In this document: positions 1 to 9,815 of the stretch, one piece after another
Position numbering within the stretch: position 1 is the stretch's first letter
Layout of the letters: every line of letters begins with the position of its first letter
DNA from: Planctomycetota bacterium
Lineage (GTDB): Bacteria > Planctomycetota > GCA-002687715 > DRQF01
Direction of reading: 5' to 3'
NCBI GenBank assembly: GCA_036479435.1
Contig: JAZGFI010000009.1
Span: 1 to 20,898, forward strand
DNA: 20,898 bases
The notes under the pieces: model-generated
Told to the model about the DNA's origin: nothing
What the model saw: the letters and a program-made list of their open reading frames with translations, nothing else
Databases searched by the model: none
Translations under genes and position numbers: made by a program

Positions 1-504
1 CCTCTTTGACGCCATGGGCTTGGGCGGGAGCGCGCTCAGCGGTCGGCGAAGCCTAAGCAATCATCAACAACTCGACTCCTTGCCGTGATTCTGGCTCCAC
101 AACTCTCAGATCACACCGGACACTTACTTCCCGCTGAATAAGCCCCCCCTCCCCCCATGACGCTTTCAGTCATCGGGATCATCGGAAGAGGGCTAAGCCC
201 GACAGACTTGTTTTGCCTCGCTCTGTCACGACGCGCTTGCGCCGCCCCCGCGAGGGATCCACCGTCATTAACACTCGACGTGGTTTTGGAATGGCCTACG
301 GTTAGCCAAGCCCGGACGAACCGGTTACGCGCTACGTCGGGTGTCCCAGCGCGGTGGCTTGATGCGGTGTCTTGGAAGGAGGTCTCGGAATGCGCCGCAA
401 TCGTGCGCACGGGCTCAGCTTGTGCTTGAGCGGGGACGGTCGAATGAAGAGCCGGAGTGGGGCAATGACGGCATCTCTTTAAGAACATGACATCGTGCTT
501 TAAG

Positions 505-648
505 GGTGTCACCTCTTGGCACCGGGTGCCATTTTTTGCGCTCGATGGTGCCATTTTTAAGTCCCACCGCGTTAGTGGGTTAGGGAAGAAACATCGAAAA
601 TGGCACCCTCCGGTTTTTGGTTTTGGGGGTGCCAAGGGTGCCATTTTT
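505..648. repeat. Cluster of GGTGCCA heptamers in both orientations (iteron-like or protein-binding array)
   Basis: GGTGCCATTTTT at 525-536, 547-558 and 637-648. GGTGCCA at 628-634. Inverted TGGCACC at 517-523 and AAAATGGCACC at 597-607. Variant GGTGTCA at 505-511. No credible CDS overlaps the cluster. Confidence 0.8.
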
Positions 649-937
649 CTTTGGGATTTGAGGTGCGAGTGGCCTGGGGGGTGCAAACCTAAACTGGGCG
701 TATTAGGTCAAATCTATTGCATAGTGGGGTCAAAAGTATGGTCAGTTGCCTTGGTCGCATTACACCCGAAATGCGACCTTGAACACGGACCCGCCCCCGT
801 TTGCTGGGTCTGGGGCTGGGGCAGCCTCCTGTCTCCTAAGGGTGATCTTGCAGTTAGCAGTGGCGAGCGATGTGGGGCTACGCCGGATTGTCAGCTGGCC
901 AAAGTTGCATCTTACGGCTCGTTCAGAATACCAATCT

Positions 938-1021
938 GCGGTTGGCGGTTGGCGGTTGGCGGTTGGCGGTTGGCGGTTGGCGGTTGGCGGTTGGCGGTTG
1001 GCGGTTGGCGGTTGGCGGTTG
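938..1021. repeat. Perfect heptamer tandem repeat (GCGGTTG)x12
   Basis: Directly visible: 12 exact copies over 84 bp. It generates the spurious LAVGGWR and TANRQPP ORFs. Confidence 0.97.
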
Positions 1022-1123
1022 GAAATGGAATATCGGAACCGTTCAGCGCCCCATCTCGGGAACGTCCTTCCAGCGTCCGTTCTGGGAGACGTGGATGATC
1101 TTGTTACCCAATTCGACGGAAGC

Positions 1124-1152
1124 TTGACAATGCGGGGCATGAACGGCAACGT
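1124..1152 (+). promoter_or_regulatory. Possible sigma70-type promoter for the Rhs operon
   Basis: Perfect TTGACA at 1124-1129, but the hexamer 17 bp downstream (CAACGT) is a poor -10. Lies about 100 bp upstream of the proposed start at 1254. Confidence 0.25.
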
Positions 1153-1253
1153 GTCTTATGTGCTCGGCAGGCGAGGACGGACAGCGAATATCAGGCATCT
1201 TTAGGTGGGAACTTGAAGTGGGCGTAGGGAAGAATTTGGGTCGCCGTCGAGTT

Positions 1254-2312
1254 ATGCGGTGGTGCCGGAGCGGATGTCTCCTCATCTTGGCTCCTCTTTT
1301 CTTGGCGACGTGCGATTTTGGAGCGAGACCTGATGAAATACCGGCAGTCAAGCCGACTTTCGCCTATAAACTCACGCCGTCTCACGTTGACCTCGGTCCG
1401 GTTGATCCCTCTGAACTCGCAAGATTTGAGTTGCTTTTGGAAAACAAAGGTACCCAGGCTATCTGGGTAGAGCGTGTGGCCTCGACCTGTTCTTGTGTTG
1501 TTGGGCTAACGAGCAGAGTTGAGGTGGCTCCGGGTCAATCTGAAATCGTGGCGGTAGACTTCGAGGGAAGCCGCCTGAGGGGCAAGTTCAAGAAAGGAGT
1601 CTTTCTTTTCTTGTCGGCGGAACTAGAGGGGCTGCGGAAAACTCAAGTCACAGTTGGCGGAGAAGTCGGCAAACTTGTAGACCTGCAACCCTCAAGGATT
1701 CAATTGGGCCGTGTGTTGGAGCGGACAACTCGGTCGGAGATCATAGTGCGCACAAAGACCCTTTCGACGATCGAAAAGGTCTCAATTTCAGGCCCAATGA
1801 AATCGTTGGTAAACGTAAGTTCGTCGTCACCAGTCCCGAACGACGGACAGTGGGAGCATCGCCTGACGATAGTGATCGAACGCAATGGCGCGGCTGGACA
1901 GACAGTTGAGGTTGATTGTTTGGTCGAAGTTACAGTCGCCGGGCGGACTCGAACACTGAAAATCGAAGTATCTGCAGATCTCGTGGGCGACTACCAGATA
2001 TCACCAGCCAAGTTTTACGCGACTCGGATCAGAAAGGGCCAGATCGTGAACGCGGTGTTCTCCTTGTCCTGGGAGACTACTGACGCGGTTACTATCCGAA
2101 GAGTAGTGCTTGGTACTCAGGATCTTGAATTCAAAATTACGCGGAGTTCCAAGAAACGAGTTCGGGTGGAGGTCAAGATCCCCATTTCCGGAATCCGCAA
2201 TCGAGGCCTAATGACGTTCGTAATGGGCGATGATGGCAGAGTTACTATTCCGATTGTGGTAGTGAAGAAGCGTCCTTTCAATTTTCGATCCAGCAACCCT
2301 TTTAGCAAGTAG
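1254..2312 (+). CDS. DUF1573-domain (Ig-like, beta-rich) exported or membrane-anchored protein
   Basis: Motif 'FELLLENKGTQAIWVERVASTCSCVV...VAPGQS...V.F..S...G.F.K.V' matches the DUF1573 pattern (N.G...I..V..SC.C...I.PG.S). Two further beta-rich repeats begin 'LQPSRIQLG' and 'ISPAKFY'. ATG 1254 (in frame with the ORF-track start at 1158) gives a signal or lipoprotein-like N-terminus MRWCRSGCLLILAPLFLATC. Confidence 0.8.
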   Translation: MRWCRSGCLLILAPLFLATCDFGARPDEIPAVKPTFAYKLTPSHVDLGPVDPSELARFELLLENKGTQAIWVERVASTCSCVVGLTSRVEVAPGQSEIVAVDFEGSRLRGKFKKGVFLFLSAELEGLRKTQVTVGGEVGKLVDLQPSRIQLGRVLERTTRSEIIVRTKTLSTIEKVSISGPMKSLVNVSSSSPVPNDGQWEHRLTIVIERNGAAGQTVEVDCLVEVTVAGRTRTLKIEVSADLVGDYQISPAKFYATRIRKGQIVNAVFSLSWETTDAVTIRRVVLGTQDLEFKITRSSKKRVRVEVKIPISGIRNRGLMTFVMGDDGRVTIPIVVVKKRPFNFRSSNPFSK

Positions 2313-2321
2313 GTGGTAAAC

Positions 2322-5300
2322 ATGGCTACTCAGAGTCGACTGCTCCTCGTCTTTCTATTCGCTCTCCTTTGTGTTGCCGGGTTGTCAGCAAGCCGCTTCG
2401 ACACTTGGGCAGCGGAGGATTCAGGAGGGAGCCCAAACCCACCGACTGCCCCGAGTTTCCTCTTTTTTGAGGAGCGAACTATAGGGATTTGCTCAGAATG
2501 TCCGGTTGGCGGGGCCGTCGCGCAGCCCAGTGAAGACCTTCTGAGGGACCTCGGTTTTGAGGCCTCGCCGGGCAGGCACATGGAGCCTGAGCCTGATAAC
2601 ACCAGTGAATGGTGTAATTGCTGTGTTTGTTGGTGTATTGAGTTCGCGTTTTTTTATCCGACTCCTGAAAACGAATGGGGTTTCGGATTACCAGCGCTTG
2701 GAGTGAATGAGCATTTTCTGGGGATCAATTGCACTCAGAATTCGGGAACCCCGCTTCATCTAGATTGTGATCTCGGCATGAATGTTGGCGACACTGCATG
2801 CGGCTCCGCTGGCGAGATCATCTGCACTGAGCTACCACCAGAGCCGCCCTTTATTGATTGTGATGGAAATGGGACTCCGGACTGCCTGTTCGAGGGCGGA
2901 ACTCTCGCTCCGGATTGCCTAGCGGTACTAAGAGTACTACTGGATGCATTTGAAGCTGACGTAGCCGCCGCGATCGGCAACGGAGACCGCCTGAATCCAG
3001 ATGACCAAGAGGCTTATGATGAAGCGATAGCGCAATACTATTACCACGCGAGGTATTATGACTTCGACGGCGACGGCACTCCATTTCGATTCGACCTTGT
3101 AATTGCACTTAACAACCAGCTCCCAGGTGCGGCTGCAAAGGACGAGAATGGCGTGAATGACCCTGGTGGGCTTCGAACGGAATTTCGGTCTATCTTTGAT
3201 GAGAACGGCCTCATCCGGAGACTTGACAAGAATGACTACAACGACAATGAGGAGAACGACAATAGTTGGGAAGAGCACTTTGTCGGGCTGAATCCCAACG
3301 CACAGATGCCCATGCACGGAGCGTTGGTCGCCAATCGGATGAACCAAATTAGCAAGTGGTTTAACAGTGTCTCAAAGGCCGAGCTCGAAAATGTGCTTGG
3401 ATACTCGCTAAAAGGTTTCGGTGGTACAGCAGCAATTTCCCAGTCAAATATCGATCCGTCGCTTTTGAAAGTAGCGTTCGACAACGCTGGATACTCTACT
3501 CCAGATGGAAACGGCAATGTGCCTCTTGCGACACTGTCCGAGATCAAGGTGGCAATATTTGGGCTCGCTGAGACAGTTTCGGCTGGGGGTGCAGGGGCGG
3601 GCTCCACGTCGAACCTCGCACTTAACTTGGGTATCTTGGACTCATTGGGGAACCCGCTGTCGACTAATTCGGCAGAGACGAACTTGGCAGACCGCCTTTT
3701 GTTGAATCGGTTGAACGAGACGGTTCTTGGGCTCTTGAACGCAATAGCCCAAGCTGGATATCTATCGAATTTCCCGAGGGATGGAGCGACGACAAGTTGG
3801 AAAGCCGCCCATAAGAACAATCCGATGCTAATCGAAGCTGAGCGGCTGCTGAGATTGTCGATCATCGCCTTGAGAAACCAAGCAGGAGTAATCGACAATC
3901 TTGAATTGAGACTTAGAACGCTTGAGAACCAGGGTGGCCCCGCTAATTTTGTCTCCGATCGCCTGTCGACGGTGGCGGAGGTGCCCCCTGGCACTATCGT
4001 GCCAATCGTCTTTGAGCTACCTTATTTTTCAGCATGGTCCTGGACTTTTTGGGTTGGGGGTACGCCCGGAGTTGCCGCTGACGTGGCCGCTGACTCCGAC
4101 GATGGTATGGGTAACCCAACCCCAGTGGTCTCGGTGGACCTCGCGCATGAATACGCTGTCGAAGAGGACAACGTCAATGAAGAAGGCGATCCGGTAGATA
4201 CGTGGACTGGTCAGCTCAGGAGAACTGACATTGACTATGCGAGTTCCGCACGCGGCGTTGGTGTCTCGATCGAGCGCGTATACCTGAGCCAGCAAGGAAG
4301 ATCCGGAAGCTTTGGCCCTAATTGGTCGGCACCCGGATTTGACACTTACTTGTTCATACCTTCAAATCACGTGTTGTCGCAGATGGCGACAATGAAGTGG
4401 GGCGATGGCAGGACCTCCACTTTCATGGGGCAGCTTCCGGGGCCAGGGCATGACGTTCTTTATGAGGGAGTCCTCGGGGAGTACGGGAAAATCAGGGCTC
4501 ACAAGGCAAGTATGGAGCCTGGTTGCAGCGACATGCCCGGTAGTTACGTCTTGCGAAGGCCGAACGGTTCCATGTTCTTTTTTTGCCCTGGCGTGCTTTA
4601 TCCAAATTCCGGTGCGGGAAAGGTGTGTTGGCTTCGCAAGATTGTTGATCCGGATGGCAACGCTATTGTTTACCAAAGAAATGAGGTGGGCCGGGTCACT
4701 TCGATTATCGATCCCCTTGGCCGAACGACACCGATTGACTACGGCGATAATGGTTTTGTTAGCCAGATTACGACGCCAAGCGGTCAAGTTATTACTTATG
4801 AGTACGATGAGAGAGGTTTCTCTGAGACCGAGGATGGCTCGCTGTATGTGCCCAACGACCTTACGCGAGTCGAGTACGGTTCGATTCCGGTGCTGGGCGA
4901 CGACGGAGTCGTTGCTTCTCATGATTCCGCGATTACTTATGAGTACTCCTTCGAGGGGCAAGTAGCTGGGTCATTTCCATATTCGCCCCTCAATCACAAT
5001 CTCAAAAGTGTCCAATGGGATGGAGATTTGGGACCTGTTGTAGAGTTCAGCTATGAGGACGATCGAAATTCTCTCTCATTTGATTTTGTTACTGGGTTCA
5101 CTGAAGGGTCTCGCTCGACCACTATTAGCTGGATAATAAATGAGGCACCAGTTGCTGACGATTATGGTGAGGATATTCGAAAAGAGTGCGTTTTCCGAAA
5201 TCAAGACGGCGAGATACTGCACTGTTTCCATAACAAGTTCGGCCTGCTCGTAAGGCGAGAGACTCATACGGCACTTGACGCGGATCAAAATTTTGTCCCT

Positions 5301-8300
5301 GACCTGACGGTCGGACCCAATGATCAACACCTCGTGGAGAGGCTTAGGTACGACACTTCCGACAGTAGAATCGTGGAGCGTATCGTTGGAGAAGCTGATG
5401 ACGTGAGTCAAGGCTCAGGTGTTTCTAAGGAGACCTACGAGTATGACTCTGACTCAGCGGATCGATTCCAGCAGGCAAACTTGCTCAGGCACGAAGTTTT
5501 CCCGACCGCAACAGATAATGGCGAATCTCCGTCCTTGCTCGTTGAGATGGAGTATGAACCAGTCGGAAACTCGATGCGAAAGACCACCGACCCGCTTGGG
5601 AATGTGGAGGAGACTTTTTTCCTCTGGCAAGAGGTGCATCAATCCAGCATCGCGCTTGCGTTTGGTATAGCCGGGTGGGGCATCGACTTTTCCCAAACCA
5701 GTGGGGGTATGGGTGACATCAACGGCGACGGCGAGGCAGGGGCACTTGCAACAATTGACCAAATACCCATCTTGGGAGTGGGGCCAATTAAGATAGTTGG
5801 TTCTCCTGTGACCATTGCCGATGGACCTGGCCTTACACCGTCTGTTGACTCTCCAATCAACACGCACGAGTACGATTCGTTAGGCCGCCTCAAAGCCTCT
5901 GTAAATGCCGCCGGTGTGCGCGTGGAGTATGAATATTTTCAGGGGCACCTTTCAGCCGTTGTCCTAGATCCCGATGACAAAAACCAACGAACTGAGTTCG
6001 TGTATGACGCTATTTCCGGCCGACGTCTTTCGATGACTCGGCCCGACGGAGTCATGGAAGAGTACTCCTACGATGATCTTGGGACTCTCATTCAACGCCG
6101 CATAGTTCCAGACACGGCTCACCCAGACTACTCATCCGCCCAGCATCCGGTCTTGATTCAAAACCGGTTCTATGATCATCACCGCAACCTCGTCGGCCGC
6201 GGGACGTGGAGTTCAGCCGTCCCATCCGGCGAGCAGCAGGTTGGTTTTCAGCCGAGCCTGACGATGAGGGCGACCCATGACAGATGGGGCAACGTGTCGA
6301 AACTCGATCGAACTACCGAGTATGAGGGTGTTGTTGAAATGTCTTCGCGACTTTTCGAATACGATGGTGCGTCTCGGAGAAAGCGCACTGTTCAACCAGA
6401 TGGCGTCATTTATGAAGTCACTTTCGATGGGCTAGGCCGCCCGGTGAACACTGTTCATACGGACTCTGCAGGCGTGGTCTTGAAAACCATGGACTTCGAG
6501 TTCGACGTTTGGGGCAACATCGTTGCTGAGAGAGGGCCTGTCGACGCAGATCATGACGGGCTTCCTGATTTGGTGTCAGCGATCTATGACGGATATGGGC
6601 GAGTAGCAAAGATCATAGCGCCGGACGGAGGCTATAGCAGCTACGTCTACGACGGCCTTGGCCGCCGAACACATAACTACCGTTTCAACTCAAACAATGA
6701 GATGTTCGGCGATGCCTCCTTCGGCTATGACTCGATGGGGCGGGTCCTTGCGGTCGATGAGACAATCTTCGAGGTCTCCGCTGTGGCGGGAAATGCACCT
6801 GTCGCGGTGGACATTCGACGCCGTGAGATGCATTGGGGGCTTGAGGAGGATGAACTTCGTTGGGCAGTTGGGGCCGCTGGCACGCCAGCTGAGGCAATTA
6901 CAAGGCTCGAATATGATTCTTTGGGACGTCATGTCGGGCAGTGGATTGAAGGGCACCAAACGTCAAAGTCTACGGTTGCTTACGATCAGTTCGGCCGAGA
7001 AGTTTCGGTCACAACTCGACATGCTAACTCACACAGTGCCGTTGGACTTAACGCCGGCATCAAGACAAGCGCGTTCACGCTCGATCCATATGGTCGTGTG
7101 GTCTTGATCACAGGATCAGACGGTCGGACGACCGCACAGCGATGGGACCAAAATGGCCGAATGTATGAGGTCGTTGATCCAAACGGAGTCGTTTCCAAAT
7201 CAGTTTACGATAGTCTTGGACAAGTACGACAACGTATTGATGATTTTGGTGGAGCCAACGAAAGAGTAGAAGAATTCGATTTCAATGCCCTTGGCCAAAT
7301 GACCATTTTTCGCGACGCCAACGGGCAGGAAACTCAATTTACTCATGATGAGTTTGGTCATATAAAGTCTCGGACATTTCCTGATGGCAAAGGCGAAATT
7401 TACTCATACGACGCAAGGGGACGAATAGTTCAGAAGTCGGGTTTCGGTGACGCTGCGCAATCAACGACTTCGTTTGACTACGACGTCATAGGGCGGCTTC
7501 AAGAGCTTGTGGCAGTCGGAGCTGATGCTGACGTGACGCGGACGTTCGTCTATGGCCCTTCGGGGCTAGCTATTACCGTAGAGGAGCAGGTCGGTGGATT
7601 GATGCCGGTTCGTATATCGCAGGTGTTTAGGTCCGATGGTGGATTGCTATCGGAAATCCGTCATGTCGATGGTGTCTTGGCTGCCACTGTTGGAGCGAAG
7701 TTGGACATTGTCGGCCGAACGGAGCAAGTGTTTTGGGCGGATAGCTCCAGCGTTAAGCTTGTCCATGATGAACTCGGTAGAGTCATTCGGCGGCAGCTTT
7801 TTGACCCAATGAACAACCCAGGAGTGATTCTTGAAGATCACTCGGCATTCTATGGGACGGGGCGACCGCTGCGTTCAACAATTGGCAACGGATCGCAAAT
7901 TGAGGTTGATGTCAGTGATCAAGGCAAGACCGCGAGGCGTGGAATACTCGATAGTGCAGGTTCTTCCGCTAGGACGTTCTCGTACCAGCATGACCCATCT
8001 GGCAACACCGCCCTGAGAACTCGGGAAGAGGACCAGCAACAGGAGGAGTTTGAGTACGATTCTCTTGACAGGCTGAAGGTTTGGAGAATCAACGGTAGTT
8101 CGGGCGGCACGCCGTTCTCGTTGGCCTTCGAATGGGATATGGACGATGCGGACAATCCTACCGAAGAACGACTTCTGAATGGGGCGGTGGTCAACACCGT
8201 CGTGAACAACAACCTAAACCAACAGACATCCAACGGTCCAATGCTCTCGGAGTTCAATGGCCGTGGCGAGATGGAAGCACGAGTTAAAGACGACATACTC

Positions 8301-9815
8301 GTTCAATGGAAGTGGGACGCTTTGGGGCGGCCACTGACGGCAGAGGTCGTACCATCTGACGGTAGCTGGAAACCGGTCGAAGTTGCTTGGCTTTACGATG
8401 GATTGGGGCGTGTCGTTGAGAAGGCTGGGATTGGTGTCGATCCTGTTGGCTATGTGTATCTCGGAGGTGCAATGGTGGCGAGCAACTTCAACGGAGTTGA
8501 ACGCCGCTTTGTGCATTGCGATTTCGGGATCTATAGGGACGGCCCAGAAGGTGCGTATTACTTGCATCAAGATGCGGCGAATAATGTCACCTTGATTCAA
8601 GATGGGGCGGGCTCGACTGCCGAGGAAGTTGCCTACACTCCATTCGGTCAACCAATTGATGCCATGTCGCTTTCCGCGAAAAGCAGTTCTGTGATCAGCA
8701 ACGAGTTGTTGTTTCTCGGACATCAATATGACTACTTTACAAGAACTTCAAAATTGGGGGCACGCCGGTACGAGCCCAGGGTCGGCAGGTTTGTGAGCAG
8801 AGACCCCCTCGGTGAGTCCGCTGGAAGGAACCTTTATCAATATGGCAATCGAAATCCATTGCGATGGATGGACCCAAGTGGGCTGCAATCGACAGATATC
8901 GAAAGCCCAACAGACAAGAAACTGCTATTATCCAATCTCACAAAAACGCCTTTGGGCGTCCGCGACCGAGGTGGCGTCAAGAACTGGGTTAAGATAATTC
9001 GGTTTCTTCGCAAGTATGCAGGGGGGTTTAACCCCGACGAAATTCCAGATCACGATAGTTTCTGGACTTATTCGATAAAACAAAAGGCATACCTCATTGC
9101 ATTCTTGAGTACCAATGGAAACCGATTTTGGGGTGGGTTCCGAGAACAGTTGGACCTAATGGAGAGGGCAGTCCTTTCCGACCTCGAAGATACTGAAGTG
9201 ATGCTGTTGTCGAAGGAGGGGATCGCCCTTGCAATCCTTGACCATGAAGCGATGCAGCTTACGGTTATTTTGGAAGGAGGAACGCCGGACCCGATTAGTT
9301 TTCAGTCTGCCAATGCTGGAGACATTGCCATTACGCTGGCATCCGAGGCCGCTTTGTTTTTCATTCCAATGGGTGGCAGATTGCTTCGAGGGACGATGAG
9401 TTTCTTTGGGAAGTACGTGACTACAGCGGTAGGCCGGAGTATCGGGAGTGTCGGGCGGGTTTTTGCCAAGGCTTTTCGTGCGGCAAAGAAGGCGCTAAAC
9501 AAGGGCGATGATGCCGCAAGGAGGGGAGACTGGGCGGAGCTCAGTGGGAAACTTCGCGAGGCTGGCAAGGGCAAGGGTAACTTCGGCATTGGGTACGGCA
9601 CTCGCGAGCAAGCGGGCGCTATGGGCGAGGCCTGGGTAGGACCTGGCTTCAAGACGGCCTCAGACGGGAAGACCCTAATCAGCGCCGATGGCCTACGTCA
9701 GTTCCGGCCTCCCTCCTTCAAGCCGAGGCAGAACAGATTCCAGGCTAATTTTGAGGCGCGCCCCCCCGGGTTGACGCAATGGCAGTCGAATGCACACCTG
9801 GACATTATTAATTGA
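2322..9815 (+). CDS. rhs: Rhs/YD-repeat polymorphic toxin with Sec-type signal peptide, DUF6531-like region, Rhs core and C-terminal Ntox7-like putative RNase
   Basis: Signal peptide (SRLLLVFLFALLCVAGLSA). 'GDPVDTWTGQL..TDID...G.SIERVY.S....GSFGPNWS' is DUF6531-like. Many YD..GR repeats. Core 'YTPFG...FLGHQYD...GARRYEPRVGRFVSRDP.G...NLYQY..NPL..DPSGL' (DPSGL at 8871-8885). Tip contains DGLRQFR, QANFE and SNAH. ATG 2322 is preferred over GTG 2313 because AGGTGG (2311-2316) gives an RBS. Confidence 0.95.
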   Translation: MATQSRLLLVFLFALLCVAGLSASRFDTWAAEDSGGSPNPPTAPSFLFFEERTIGICSECPVGGAVAQPSEDLLRDLGFEASPGRHMEPEPDNTSEWCNCCVCWCIEFAFFYPTPENEWGFGLPALGVNEHFLGINCTQNSGTPLHLDCDLGMNVGDTACGSAGEIICTELPPEPPFIDCDGNGTPDCLFEGGTLAPDCLAVLRVLLDAFEADVAAAIGNGDRLNPDDQEAYDEAIAQYYYHARYYDFDGDGTPFRFDLVIALNNQLPGAAAKDENGVNDPGGLRTEFRSIFDENGLIRRLDKNDYNDNEENDNSWEEHFVGLNPNAQMPMHGALVANRMNQISKWFNSVSKAELENVLGYSLKGFGGTAAISQSNIDPSLLKVAFDNAGYSTPDGNGNVPLATLSEIKVAIFGLAETVSAGGAGAGSTSNLALNLGILDSLGNPLSTNSAETNLADRLLLNRLNETVLGLLNAIAQAGYLSNFPRDGATTSWKAAHKNNPMLIEAERLLRLSIIALRNQAGVIDNLELRLRTLENQGGPANFVSDRLSTVAEVPPGTIVPIVFELPYFSAWSWTFWVGGTPGVAADVAADSDDGMGNPTPVVSVDLAHEYAVEEDNVNEEGDPVDTWTGQLRRTDIDYASSARGVGVSIERVYLSQQGRSGSFGPNWSAPGFDTYLFIPSNHVLSQMATMKWGDGRTSTFMGQLPGPGHDVLYEGVLGEYGKIRAHKASMEPGCSDMPGSYVLRRPNGSMFFFCPGVLYPNSGAGKVCWLRKIVDPDGNAIVYQRNEVGRVTSIIDPLGRTTPIDYGDNGFVSQITTPSGQVITYEYDERGFSETEDGSLYVPNDLTRVEYGSIPVLGDDGVVASHDSAITYEYSFEGQVAGSFPYSPLNHNLKSVQWDGDLGPVVEFSYEDDRNSLSFDFVTGFTEGSRSTTISWIINEAPVADDYGEDIRKECVFRNQDGEILHCFHNKFGLLVRRETHTALDADQNFVPDLTVGPNDQHLVERLRYDTSDSRIVERIVGEADDVSQGSGVSKETYEYDSDSADRFQQANLLRHEVFPTATDNGESPSLLVEMEYEPVGNSMRKTTDPLGNVEETFFLWQEVHQSSIALAFGIAGWGIDFSQTSGGMGDINGDGEAGALATIDQIPILGVGPIKIVGSPVTIADGPGLTPSVDSPINTHEYDSLGRLKASVNAAGVRVEYEYFQGHLSAVVLDPDDKNQRTEFVYDAISGRRLSMTRPDGVMEEYSYDDLGTLIQRRIVPDTAHPDYSSAQHPVLIQNRFYDHHRNLVGRGTWSSAVPSGEQQVGFQPSLTMRATHDRWGNVSKLDRTTEYEGVVEMSSRLFEYDGASRRKRTVQPDGVIYEVTFDGLGRPVNTVHTDSAGVVLKTMDFEFDVWGNIVAERGPVDADHDGLPDLVSAIYDGYGRVAKIIAPDGGYSSYVYDGLGRRTHNYRFNSNNEMFGDASFGYDSMGRVLAVDETIFEVSAVAGNAPVAVDIRRREMHWGLEEDELRWAVGAAGTPAEAITRLEYDSLGRHVGQWIEGHQTSKSTVAYDQFGREVSVTTRHANSHSAVGLNAGIKTSAFTLDPYGRVVLITGSDGRTTAQRWDQNGRMYEVVDPNGVVSKSVYDSLGQVRQRIDDFGGANERVEEFDFNALGQMTIFRDANGQETQFTHDEFGHIKSRTFPDGKGEIYSYDARGRIVQKSGFGDAAQSTTSFDYDVIGRLQELVAVGADADVTRTFVYGPSGLAITVEEQVGGLMPVRISQVFRSDGGLLSEIRHVDGVLAATVGAKLDIVGRTEQVFWADSSSVKLVHDELGRVIRRQLFDPMNNPGVILEDHSAFYGTGRPLRSTIGNGSQIEVDVSDQGKTARRGILDSAGSSARTFSYQHDPSGNTALRTREEDQQQEEFEYDSLDRLKVWRINGSSGGTPFSLAFEWDMDDADNPTEERLLNGAVVNTVVNNNLNQQTSNGPMLSEFNGRGEMEARVKDDILVQWKWDALGRPLTAEVVPSDGSWKPVEVAWLYDGLGRVVEKAGIGVDPVGYVYLGGAMVASNFNGVERRFVHCDFGIYRDGPEGAYYLHQDAANNVTLIQDGAGSTAEEVAYTPFGQPIDAMSLSAKSSSVISNELLFLGHQYDYFTRTSKLGARRYEPRVGRFVSRDPLGESAGRNLYQYGNRNPLRWMDPSGLQSTDIESPTDKKLLLSNLTKTPLGVRDRGGVKNWVKIIRFLRKYAGGFNPDEIPDHDSFWTYSIKQKAYLIAFLSTNGNRFWGGFREQLDLMERAVLSDLEDTEVMLLSKEGIALAILDHEAMQLTVILEGGTPDPISFQSANAGDIAITLASEAALFFIPMGGRLLRGTMSFFGKYVTTAVGRSIGSVGRVFAKAFRAAKKALNKGDDAARRGDWAELSGKLREAGKGKGNFGIGYGTREQAGAMGEAWVGPGFKTASDGKTLISADGLRQFRPPSFKPRQNRFQANFEARPPGLTQWQSNAHLDIIN

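Noticed and set aside
1..480. Small hairpins, C-rich tract (143-156), GGCGAAGCC and a minus-strand GTAAGTGTCC suggestive of an oriT, IS end or ncRNA
   Set aside because: The matches are too short, and there is no relaxase, transposase or recognisable RNA fold in the window.
487..1204. ORFs with LAVGGWR or TANRQPP repeats (487-1098, 746-1204, 760-1149, 870-1127)
   Set aside because: They are by-products of the stop-free 7-bp tandem repeat, which is open in all frames, and have no protein-like flanks.
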